From: a virus
Lineage: Duplodnaviria > Caudoviricetes
IMG/VR virus record: IMGVR_UViG_3300010276_000006
Coordinates: 1-31,174 of that record
Direction: 5' to 3' (one strand)
Length of the DNA stretch: 31,174 nucleotides
In this document: positions 1 to 8,049 of the stretch, in pieces
Position numbering within the stretch: the stretch's first letter is position 1
Layout: every line of letters starts with the position of its first letter
Notes under the pieces: generated by a model
Database searches by the model: none
What the model was told of the DNA's origin: nothing
Seen by the model: only the letters and a program-made list of their open reading frames with translations
Position numbers and translations under genes: made by a program

Positions 1-1
1 A

Positions 2-124
2 GAGACAACGGACAAGTCAATCCTGCAGGCCCTCGGCCCCGCCCATGTGCGGAAGTTTCAAGAGTATCAAAAGAAGATGTACCAGAAACGCGAGAATCAG
101 AGGATGCGGAGGCTGACGGCATGA
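2..124 (+). CDS. 3' end of a hypothetical phage protein (partial, ...KKMYQKRENQRMRRLTA*)
   Basis: Open frame from base 2; its TGA overlaps the ATG at 121 (ATGA), as for many genes here. Confidence 0.6.
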   Translation, partial: ETTDKSILQALGPAHVRKFQEYQKKMYQKRENQRMRRLTA

Positions 125-372
125 ACACGTACATATGCCCCCGCTGCGGACAAGCCTCGACTATTCCAAAGCGTAGACTACTAAGCAACCGCCTAAAAGT
201 CAAAATTGCCCGTCTTATCTGCGGCGCCAGCGCTCTGTTTATCCTGGGAGTTGTCGGCGGCCTTGAGTGCTTCTGGCTTCCGCTTTGGCCGGGTACTCTG
301 TGGCTGGCGATCAGCTTCGTGGTGTTCGCAATTTCAGCGAGGAAAGGAGGGCTGTTGAATGTTCGACGATAA
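121..372 (+). CDS. Small hypothetical membrane protein (two hydrophobic segments, N-terminal CPRC)
   Basis: GGAGG upstream, ATGA coupling, hydrophobic LICGASALFILGVVGG and LWLAISFVVFAI. Confidence 0.7.
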   Translation: MNTYICPRCGQASTIPKRRLLSNRLKVKIARLICGASALFILGVVGGLECFWLPLWPGTLWLAISFVVFAISARKGGLLNVRR

Positions 373-721
373 CAAATTCTCGCTGCAGATTATCGCAAAG
401 GGTGCATTCGTGGACGACGGGGTAGAAAACGGCAAATTGTATATCGTTGAGGCAACCACGGTCCGCCTGAACCATGTCGCCCTGAACGAATGGAATCGTT
501 CCGAATGCCTGAATACCCGCGAGTGCTACAAAGACGGGCCCGAAGGCGACGCCGAATGGGAAGCCCATAAAGCAGAGTATGCTCAGCGCCGCAAGCTTTG
601 GGAGGAGAAATTGCTTAAAGCCCTAGGAATTTATCCTCCAAAAGGGGGCGTCAGAATCACACAAGCGCAATCGGAAGTCTTCACGGTTGTACATATCTGG
701 AAGGTAAACGGAGCCGAATAG
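359..721 (+). CDS. Hypothetical phage protein
   Basis: AAAGGAGG RBS, 120 aa ORF co-linear with neighbours (start may be TTG at 353 or ATG at 359). Confidence 0.7.
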   Translation: MFDDNKFSLQIIAKGAFVDDGVENGKLYIVEATTVRLNHVALNEWNRSECLNTRECYKDGPEGDAEWEAHKAEYAQRRKLWEEKLLKALGIYPPKGGVRITQAQSEVFTVVHIWKVNGAE

Positions 722-729
722 GAAGGCAG

Positions 730-987
730 GTGAAAAGAATGAAAATCGAGGTCAGCAGAACGATTGATTTACCGGAAGGTTTATTGTGCACCCATCCCAA
801 GAAAGGGGATTGCCCCGTGCTTGCAGAGTTAAAGGGAAACTATCCCGAAATGCGGTTATGCGCATACTTTAACGAGATCGTGTTCTGCGGCGACAACTCC
901 ACGTTCTTTGTTAGGTGCGACGAGTGCATCAGAGCGTCTCTGAAGCATTTTCGCCGAATTGAAAGGCGGAAGGAGGCCGCCAAATGA
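730..987 (+). CDS. Cys-rich hypothetical phage protein
   Basis: 85 aa ORF; ends in RRKEAAK containing the RBS (AAGGAGG) for the next gene. Confidence 0.65.
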   Translation: MKRMKIEVSRTIDLPEGLLCTHPKKGDCPVLAELKGNYPEMRLCAYFNEIVFCGDNSTFFVRCDECIRASLKHFRRIERRKEAAK

Positions 988-1154
988 ACAGACGCTACCG
1001 AATTTGTGCCCGTTGTCATAAGCGCTGGAACGTATCCTGCATTGGAGCAAACCCGAAAAGATACATATGCCCCCACTGCGAAAAGAAAGAGGCCGCGCCC
1101 CGACTGCCATCGGAAACACGGCCATTCAAAAAAACCACTACACCTCTATTGTAG
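984..1154 (+). CDS. Small zinc-ribbon protein (56 aa, CARC...CPHC), absent from the ORF track
   Basis: AAGGAGG RBS, ATGA overlap; translates MNRRYRICARCHKRWNVSCIGANPKRYICPHCEKKEAAP... Confidence 0.6.
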   Translation: MNRRYRICARCHKRWNVSCIGANPKRYICPHCEKKEAAPRLPSETRPFKKTTTPLL

Positions 1155-1179
1155 AGGATTAAAGAAAGGATGTCAATAG

Positions 1180-1428
1180 ATGAAATCTACTGGAATTGTA
1201 CGTAAGGTGGACGAGCTTGGGCGGATTGTTCTGCCGATTGAGCTCCGTCGGACCCTGGATATCGGGGAAAAAGATTCCCTCGAGATTTTTACAGATGAAA
1301 ACAGCATCATTCTGCGCAAATACCAGCCCGGCTGCGCATTCTGCGACTCAGCCTCCGATTTGCTGACCGTGAGCGGCATCACAATTTGCCTGGAGTGCGC
1401 AAAGAAAATAAAGGAGGCAACGAAATGA
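1180..1428 (+). CDS. abrB: AbrB/MazE/SpoVT-family transition-state regulator with C-terminal CxxC..CxxC
   Basis: MKSTGIVRKVDELGRIVLPIELRRTLDI is the classic AbrB N-terminal DNA-binding signature; AAAGGA RBS. Confidence 0.92.
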   Translation: MKSTGIVRKVDELGRIVLPIELRRTLDIGEKDSLEIFTDENSIILRKYQPGCAFCDSASDLLTVSGITICLECAKKIKEATK

Positions 1429-2918
1429 GGACATCACGAATCGTCATAAAAAATCTTTTCGGTATCTCCGAGCGCGTGCTTGACGGCAAGTCTATAGAGC
1501 TCTCTGGCCCCAAAGGGTCCGGCAAAACCTCTGTTTTGGATGCCATACGCTACGCCCTGACGAACCGTTCTGACCGCGATTACATCATCCGGCAGGGCGC
1601 CGATGAGGGCGAAATCCTTATTGAGACCGACACAGGACTCACCATAGACCGCAAGGCCCGTACCAATCAGGCTCCATACATAAAGGTGCGCGACGGAGCT
1701 CTCACGCACACAAGGCCGGCGGAGTTCCTCAATCAGATATTCACTCCTCTGCAGCTCAATCCGATTGAGTTCACGCAGATGAGCCGGCAGGAGAAGAATC
1801 GCGTGATTCTTAATCTAATTGAGTTTGATTGGGACCTGGAATGGATTAAGGAGCAGTTTGGCGAGATCCCGCAGGGGGTGGATTATTCCAAGCACATTCT
1901 CGAAGTGCTTGCGGATATCCAGTCCGAGAACGGCGTCTATTATCAATCACGCCAGAATATCAACCGGGACATTCGCAACAATAAGGCGCTGATTGCGGAA
2001 ATCGCCAAGGATATCCCTGAAAACTACGACCTGGAAAAATGGCAGAATTACGACCTCGGCGAGAAGTACCGGGAGCTTGAAAAGCTTAAGGACCGAAACG
2101 CCAAGATTGCCAGGGCAAAAGCATTCCGGGAAAGCTACGACAACAAGCTCCGGGGCCTGCAGGCCGAGCGCGACATTGCAATCGCGGCAGAGGAGAAGGC
2201 AATCGCAAACGAGCGCGAGAACTTGAAAAGCACCATTGAGCGTCTCAAAGCCGAAATCCGCGCCGCAGAGGAAAAACTCGCCGGGCTGGACGACAAGCTG
2301 AAGGATAAGGTCGCAGTCATTGAGGCGCAGTACAAGGAGAAGCTCGCCAAGCTCGATAATCACAATGGTATCGCCAACGAGTGGGCCGACAAGGAACCCG
2401 CCGATGTCTCCGCCTTGACCGCCGAAATTGAGCTGGCGGAGAAGATGAAGAAGCACATTAACGAATACAGGCGCATGCTTGCAAAGCAGGCGGAGACGGA
2501 AGAACTGATAAAGCAGTCCGAGGAACTGACAAGGAAAATTGAACTGGCCCGCGAGCTGCCCGCGAAAATCTTGCAGAACGCAAAAATCCCGATTGAAGGG
2601 CTGACGGTTGAAAATGGCATTCCTCTCATAAACGGCCTGCCGATATCGAATCTCAGCAGCGGAGAACTCCTTGAGCTCTGCGTTGATATCGCGGCAGCCA
2701 AGCCTGGACAGCTTAACATCATCCTGATTGACGAAGTCGGCAGGCTCGACACCAAGAGCCGGTGCAGGCTCTATCGAAAGTGCGTGGAAAAAGGAATTCA
2801 CTTCATCGCAACGCGGGCAGCGGACTCCGAGGATATCGAGGTCACGGAGCTTGACAGCATCGAGGCCATCGACGCATACGAGGCCGAGGAGCTGAAGAAA
2901 GCGGAGAAGGTGGGCTGA
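1425..2918 (+). CDS. SbcC/SMC-like ABC-type ATPase with long coiled coil (AAA_23-type)
   Basis: Walker A GPKGSGKT, central coiled coil, signature LSSGE, Walker B IILIDE. Start moved to ATG 1425 (AAAGGAGG RBS, ATGA overlap). Confidence 0.85.
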   Translation: MRTSRIVIKNLFGISERVLDGKSIELSGPKGSGKTSVLDAIRYALTNRSDRDYIIRQGADEGEILIETDTGLTIDRKARTNQAPYIKVRDGALTHTRPAEFLNQIFTPLQLNPIEFTQMSRQEKNRVILNLIEFDWDLEWIKEQFGEIPQGVDYSKHILEVLADIQSENGVYYQSRQNINRDIRNNKALIAEIAKDIPENYDLEKWQNYDLGEKYRELEKLKDRNAKIARAKAFRESYDNKLRGLQAERDIAIAAEEKAIANERENLKSTIERLKAEIRAAEEKLAGLDDKLKDKVAVIEAQYKEKLAKLDNHNGIANEWADKEPADVSALTAEIELAEKMKKHINEYRRMLAKQAETEELIKQSEELTRKIELARELPAKILQNAKIPIEGLTVENGIPLINGLPISNLSSGELLELCVDIAAAKPGQLNIILIDEVGRLDTKSRCRLYRKCVEKGIHFIATRAADSEDIEVTELDSIEAIDAYEAEELKKAEKVG

Positions 2919-2922
2919 GCAA

Positions 2923-3840
2923 ATGAGTTTCAATCTTACCGAAGCTAAACGTTCAATAGCAAAGTTGCGCCTCGCTATTGCCGGCGCCGCTGGCAGCGGT
3001 AAAACATACTCGGCTCTGCTGATTGCTTACGGCCTATGCGGGGACTGGTCAAAAATTGCCGTCATTGATACCGAGCGCGGAAGCGCAAACCTGTATGAGC
3101 ACCTTTGCCAAGGCGGCAAGAAGTATTTTACCGGGCAGTTGAACGCACCGTTCACGCCCAAGAAGTACATAGATGCCATCCATGCCTGCGAGGAAGCGGG
3201 CATGGAGGTCATCATCATCGACAGCTTGTCGCATGCCTGGTACGCCGAGGGCGGAATGCTGGATATTCATTCGGAAATTACCCGCAGGCAGACAACGCAA
3301 AACAGTTTCACCGCATGGCGCGAAATCACGCCGTTGCATAACAAGCTTGTTGACGCAATCCTGACATCGCCGGTTCATGTGATTGTCACGCTCCGCACTC
3401 AAACGGAATACGTACTTGAAACGGATGCCAGGGGCAAGCAGGTGCCCAAAAAAGTTGGCATGAAGCCTATATTCCGTCAGGGTATCGACTACGAAATGAC
3501 GCTGGTGTTTGACCTTGACGCGACGCACACGGCGACAATCACCAAGTCAAGGTCGACGGAATTCCCTGTCGGCGACCAAATAATCCCCGATGTTGAAACA
3601 GGCGAAAAGCTCCTTGCATGGCTCAACAGCGGGGCCGACATACCGAAGTGCGCAGACTGCGGAGAGGATATACGGCCCTACGGCAAGATGTCCGCGCTCC
3701 AAGTGGCCTACGAGACGGAGCGTAAATATGGGCGGCAACTCTGCGCAAAATGCGGGGCTAAAGCCAAGGAGCTTATGTATGGCGAAATTTCGACTAAGAA
3801 GCCGATACCTGACCCGCTGGCCGGAGGTGAGGAGAGGTGA
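2923..3840 (+). CDS. Sak4-like (AAA_24) ssDNA-annealing ATPase with C-terminal zinc ribbon
   Basis: GAAGSGKT, IAVIDTERGSA, IIIDSLSHAW motifs; C-terminal CADC...CAKC; context with nuclease and SSB. Confidence 0.82.
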   Translation: MSFNLTEAKRSIAKLRLAIAGAAGSGKTYSALLIAYGLCGDWSKIAVIDTERGSANLYEHLCQGGKKYFTGQLNAPFTPKKYIDAIHACEEAGMEVIIIDSLSHAWYAEGGMLDIHSEITRRQTTQNSFTAWREITPLHNKLVDAILTSPVHVIVTLRTQTEYVLETDARGKQVPKKVGMKPIFRQGIDYEMTLVFDLDATHTATITKSRSTEFPVGDQIIPDVETGEKLLAWLNSGADIPKCADCGEDIRPYGKMSALQVAYETERKYGRQLCAKCGAKAKELMYGEISTKKPIPDPLAGGEER

Positions 3841-3977
3841 ATATCGACTATGATTGGATCAAGAAAGCGATAGAGACCGTAAAAAGCGGACTCACAAATC
3901 GGGTCGATAGCCCGGACAAGTCGGTCGCTGTTTATATGTGCTGTACGGTGATCCGTGTCGACATAAAGAGGTATTGA
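3837..3977 (+). CDS. Small hypothetical protein (46 aa), absent from the ORF track
   Basis: GTGA overlap with upstream stop, GGAGGTGAGGAG RBS region; MNIDYDWIKKAIETVKSGLTNRVDS... fills the gap to ATG 3980. Confidence 0.6.
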   Translation: MNIDYDWIKKAIETVKSGLTNRVDSPDKSVAVYMCCTVIRVDIKRY

Positions 3978-3979
3978 TT

Positions 3980-4765
3980 ATGATTCTCACCGCTGAAAAT
4001 TATTTCTCCCCTGAAGCTGAACAGGTTTACATGGGCTCCACGCAATTCAAGCGTTTCATGGACTGCGAGGCTCGCGCTCTCGCAGTTCTCCGCGGGGAGT
4101 GGAAAGAGGAAGAATCAACTGCTCTCCTGGTTGGCTCCTATGTCGATGCTCATTTCTCCCGCACCCTAGATTTATTCAAGGCCCAGCATCCGGAGATATT
4201 CAAGAAGGATGGAACGCTTAAGTCGGACTATGAGCATGCCAATTACATAATACAGCGCATTGAGCGCGATGAGATGATGATGCGCTATCTCTCCGGCGGC
4301 GTCCAAACGATAATGACTGGCGAAATCGAAGGCGTTCCGTTCAAAATCAAAATCGACAGCTACCATGCTTGGAAGTGCCTTGTCGACCAGAAGATAGTCA
4401 AGGACTTTGAGCCTGTGTGGGACGTGGAGCAGCGCCGCTGGGTTCCCTTTGTCGAGTACTGGGGATATGACAACCAGGCGGCCATATACACGGAGATTGA
4501 GAGACAAAACAGAGGTCCCGGTGCCGAGCCATTGCCCTTTTTGATTGCGGCCGCCACAAAGGAGAAACCGGAGCCGGATTTGGCCATCATCCTTATTCCT
4601 CAGGAGCGTGTTGAGGTATGCCTCGACGTTGTTCGCGCGTACGCTCCAAGGTTTCAGGCCATAAAACAGGGCCTTGAAGAGCCGAGGCGCTGTGAGAAAT
4701 GCGACTACTGCCGGGCAACTAAGAAATTAACCCGCATAATCGATTATAGGGAGCTGAGCGCATGA
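3980..4765 (+). CDS. PD-(D/E)XK exonuclease (DUF3799/RecE-ExoVIII-like)
   Basis: LTAENYFS..YMGSTQFKRF, KIKID, VDQK, Y..QAAIY, C-terminal CEKCDYC; AAGAGGT RBS before ATG 3980. Confidence 0.82.
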   Translation: MILTAENYFSPEAEQVYMGSTQFKRFMDCEARALAVLRGEWKEEESTALLVGSYVDAHFSRTLDLFKAQHPEIFKKDGTLKSDYEHANYIIQRIERDEMMMRYLSGGVQTIMTGEIEGVPFKIKIDSYHAWKCLVDQKIVKDFEPVWDVEQRRWVPFVEYWGYDNQAAIYTEIERQNRGPGAEPLPFLIAAATKEKPEPDLAIILIPQERVEVCLDVVRAYAPRFQAIKQGLEEPRRCEKCDYCRATKKLTRIIDYRELSA

Positions 4766-5175
4766 TAAATCAAACTATTATTCAAGGCCGCCTCTGCGCG
4801 GATCCGGAGCTGCGGAAAACCTCGTCCGGTGTCTCCGTATGTTCTTTCCGCATAGCCTGGTCAGAGAAGTACAAAGAAAATGAAACAAAGCTATTTCTAA
4901 CGTGCGTCGCCTGGCGCGGCACCGGCGAATTTGTTAACAAGTATTTTCGCAAGGGGCAGGAGATAATCGTCCGCGGCAAGCTGTCAACGCGCGAATGGGA
5001 AGATGACGGCAACAAACGGTCGACGATTGAGCTGACCGTTGAAGAGGCCAGCTTCTGCGGGTCGAAAGCCTCGAGCAACGCTTCCGCGCCTGACGGAAGC
5101 TCCAATAGTGCTACTGCGACCGAAGCCGAGATTCACGACCTGCCGGACGACGACGATGATAACCTGCCGTTCTAG
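4762..5175 (+). CDS. ssb: Single-stranded DNA-binding protein
   Basis: GRLCADPELRKT OB-fold start, KG..I.V.G.L..R.W, acidic DDDDNLPF tail. Confidence 0.95.
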   Translation: MINQTIIQGRLCADPELRKTSSGVSVCSFRIAWSEKYKENETKLFLTCVAWRGTGEFVNKYFRKGQEIIVRGKLSTREWEDDGNKRSTIELTVEEASFCGSKASSNASAPDGSSNSATATEAEIHDLPDDDDDNLPF

Positions 5176-5177
5176 CC

Positions 5178-5729
5178 ATGAATACTATCGCCGACACAAT
5201 CAAGCGCACCCTCTCCATGTACGACGTCGCAGTCATGTACGGCTTCACGCCTAACCGCTCGGGCAATATAAAATGCCCGTTCCACGCAGAGAAAACCCCG
5301 TCCTTAAAAATCTATAAAGAACCAGGGCGTGGTTTTTACTGCTACGGCTGCGGAGCCGGCAGCACCGTTATTGACTTCGTAATGAAGCTGTTCAATATTT
5401 CGTTCCAGGCCGCCGTCGTGCGCCTGAACGCTGATTTTAAGCTCGGGCTGTTAAATGAACGCCCGGATCCGAAGGCGCTTGAGGAAAGACGCAGGCGGAT
5501 GAAAGAAATTGAGAAAGCCTGCGCGGCGTTTACGGCTGAGTGGGACAAGAAGATGCTGGAGCATCGGCGGCTCTGGTACGCAAAGATACACAAGGCCCCC
5601 TCTAGCCCTGACGAAGAGTTCGACCCCGAGTATGTCGAGGCTTGTCAAAAGCTTGACATGCTTGAATACTGGTTCGAAACGCACCCATATACCGAGGGCA
5701 TTCTTTCCATAAGAGGTGAGAACCATTAG
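5178..5729 (+). CDS. CHC2 zinc-finger protein (primase zinc-binding domain only)
   Basis: CPFHAEKTPSL...FYCYGCGAG..VIDFV; no TOPRIM domain follows. Confidence 0.88.
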   Translation: MNTIADTIKRTLSMYDVAVMYGFTPNRSGNIKCPFHAEKTPSLKIYKEPGRGFYCYGCGAGSTVIDFVMKLFNISFQAAVVRLNADFKLGLLNERPDPKALEERRRRMKEIEKACAAFTAEWDKKMLEHRRLWYAKIHKAPSSPDEEFDPEYVEACQKLDMLEYWFETHPYTEGILSIRGENH

Positions 5730-7566
5730 TGATTTGCAATTTCAATTCACATATACACAGGAGGACTTTTTTACCACGGCCCCATATGAAGCCGTAGAAG
5801 CCATAAAGGACCCGTTCCAGAAGCAGCGAATGATCGCGCAGCTTAATGAGTATGCAAAAAGCGTAAAGTTTAACGGCTTCCTGAAGATGCTTGCCTCATA
5901 TAGGAAATCTCTCAAGGCTGCCTCTGCAGCTACAGTCTACATCGACAACGTCACCGATTTCGCCGGACAGCCCATGGAGCTCAACGCCGGCGACTGGGAA
6001 GCCGACGAGTGCGGAGTAAAGCGCTACAACGGAATGTTCGAGGAAGTCGCCTGCGTCCACCCGATAATGCCCGTGGAAAGGCTCGTAAATATCGATACCG
6101 GCGCGGAAAAACTCAAGCTGGCGTTCAGAAAGGGCAAAACCTGGCGTCAGATTATCGTTGACAAGAAAACATTAGCAAAGGCCACCACGATTACCGACCT
6201 GGCCGATTACGGCATTGCCGTTAATTCCGAAAATGCCAAGGTGCTTGTCCGATACCTGCACGACATGGAAAACCTCAACTATGACCTCATCCCGGAAAGG
6301 CAGAGTGTCAGCCGTCTGGGCTGGATAGAAGACGTTGGCTTTTCTCCATATTGCGGCTCCCTTGTCTTTGACGGCGACGCGAATTTTAAAACCTTCTTCA
6401 ACTCCGTAACAACCCGCGGTACCCTTGAAAACTGGCTCGACATGGCTAAATATGTTCGTCTCGGAACCGTCACCGGCCGGATTGTGCTGGCGGCCTCGTT
6501 TGCGTCAGTACTGGTGAAGCCGCTCGGAGCGCTTCCGTTTTTCGTGCATCTCTGGGGCGGGACAGAAACCGGTAAGACGGTCGCGCTCATGCTGGCCGCG
6601 TCGGTGTGGGCTAATCCCGAGCTCGGTAAATACATACATACTTTTAATTCGACTAGCGTCGGCAAAGAAATGGCTGCGGCCTTTGTAAACTCATTACCCT
6701 TAATTCTGGACGAGCTGCAAATCGCTAAGGGCAAAGGCGGGCAGGATGAGGAAATTTATAAGCTTGCCGAAGGCGTCGGGAAGACCCGGTCGAACAAGGG
6801 CCTTGGTATAAACAAGACCCCCACATGGGCCAACTGCATACTGACCTCCGGCGAAATGCCCATTACTAATACCAGGTCCGGCGCCGGCGCTATAAACAGG
6901 ATTCTTGAGATTGAATGCAAGGACAAGATTTTCAACGACGCCAGAATAATCGCCGACTTTGCAAAGAAGAACTTCGGGCATGCCGGGAAGCTGTTCGTTC
7001 AAATGCTCCAGGAGCGAGGATTTGACGAGGCTATCGCAACATATAAGGACTTCTATTACGAGCTTTCAAAAACCGATACCACAGAAAAACAAGCTATGGC
7101 CGCCGCAATAGTTATGACAGGCGACAAGCTCGCCACTGAGTGGCTTTTCAAGGACGGACGGGCCTTGACCGTGCCAGAAATAAAAGAGTTCCTGCAGTCC
7201 AAGGCGGCCGTCAGCGCGAATGAAAGAGGCTATCGCTATATGTGCGAGTGGGTGACGCAAAACGCCAATAAGCTGTGCGGAAAGTCTGATGTGGGCGAGG
7301 TCTGGGGCGCGATAGGCGAGGACAATAGCCCGGATGCAGGATGGGTTTTTATTATTAGCTCAGTTTTCCACCGAGTAGCTGAAGAAGCCGGGTTTAGCGC
7401 TCCTGCGCTGCTGAGTTACTTAAGGCAGAATAATCTAATTAGAACGCGCGGAAGGGCGAACACGGTTTGCAAGCGGATAAATAAGATTAAGACCGAATGT
7501 GTTGCGATGCGGTTGCCTGAAGAATTTGAAGACCTTCCCGACGACGAGCCGGTTCCGTTCGTTTAA
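5716..7566 (+). CDS. DUF927-family replicative helicase (Cch-like)
   Basis: VSRLGW, Walker A GGTETGKT, Walker B LPLILDE, IYKLAEG.GK.R, LTSGE, GAGAINR, NFGHAG motifs. Confidence 0.85.
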   Translation: MRTISDLQFQFTYTQEDFFTTAPYEAVEAIKDPFQKQRMIAQLNEYAKSVKFNGFLKMLASYRKSLKAASAATVYIDNVTDFAGQPMELNAGDWEADECGVKRYNGMFEEVACVHPIMPVERLVNIDTGAEKLKLAFRKGKTWRQIIVDKKTLAKATTITDLADYGIAVNSENAKVLVRYLHDMENLNYDLIPERQSVSRLGWIEDVGFSPYCGSLVFDGDANFKTFFNSVTTRGTLENWLDMAKYVRLGTVTGRIVLAASFASVLVKPLGALPFFVHLWGGTETGKTVALMLAASVWANPELGKYIHTFNSTSVGKEMAAAFVNSLPLILDELQIAKGKGGQDEEIYKLAEGVGKTRSNKGLGINKTPTWANCILTSGEMPITNTRSGAGAINRILEIECKDKIFNDARIIADFAKKNFGHAGKLFVQMLQERGFDEAIATYKDFYYELSKTDTTEKQAMAAAIVMTGDKLATEWLFKDGRALTVPEIKEFLQSKAAVSANERGYRYMCEWVTQNANKLCGKSDVGEVWGAIGEDNSPDAGWVFIISSVFHRVAEEAGFSAPALLSYLRQNNLIRTRGRANTVCKRINKIKTECVAMRLPEEFEDLPDDEPVPFV

Positions 7567-7569
7567 TAA

Positions 7570-7827
7570 GCGCGGAACATGTTCCGCAGTTGTTCCGACG
7601 GTCAAACCCGCATGGCATAAGGATTTTTTGAAGCGCGGAACGCGCGGAACAAAAAACACAATGCTTATATATAACACACACAAATGCGAGAGACATTCAA
7701 CAATAAAATTCCACGCGCATGGAACACAAAAATATGTTCCGCGGTTCCGCGGAATCCGCAAATCGTTACAATACAACAGGTTGAGCGTCGGAACATCAAG
7801 TTCCGCAGCGTTCCGCGTGTTCCGCGC
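7570..7827. repeat. Putative replication origin: clustered GCGGAAC/GTTCCGC iterons around an AT-rich core
   Basis: GCGGAAC at 7572, 7635, 7644; GTTCCGC at 7581, 7736, 7744, 7800, 7810, 7819; further variants; A-rich core at about 7651-7735; directly downstream of the helicase. Confidence 0.75.
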
Positions 7828-7844
7828 AAGAGGGGGTTTAAGTT

Positions 7845-8039
7845 ATGGAATCGATAAAAGCAATAAAATTATGTTTTCACAATGGGGATGTAAGCTGTAT
7901 CAGAATAGGAGACAAAGCTTACGGCAAAGAGGTTTCTAAGATAACAATATCAGGAAACGCTGCCGTGTATTTGTTTGACAGACATGACGTGACCATAGCT
8001 TCTTACCACGGAGTACCGTTTATAGCGGTTTACGGTTAA
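7845..8039 (+). CDS. Hypothetical protein
   Basis: 64 aa ORF with AGAGGGGG RBS filling the gap between origin and helicase. Confidence 0.6.
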   Translation: MESIKAIKLCFHNGDVSCIRIGDKAYGKEVSKITISGNAAVYLFDRHDVTIASYHGVPFIAVYG

Positions 8040-8049
8040 GGAGGTAAAA

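Noticed and set aside
1137-1160. preQ1-I riboswitch-like text (CTACACCTCTA)
   Set aside because: Lacks the 5' AGAGGTTC strand and the 3' A-rich tail; no queuosine genes nearby.
1947-2933. 328-aa antisense ORF (and similar ones at 8053-8829, 25695-26423, 26469-27224)
   Set aside because: Shadows of well-supported + strand genes; composition mirrors the sense codons.
7435-7939. ORFs on both strands across the iteron region
   Set aside because: Translate the repeats (RGTRGT, VPRVPR), lack RBS; better explained as a non-coding origin.
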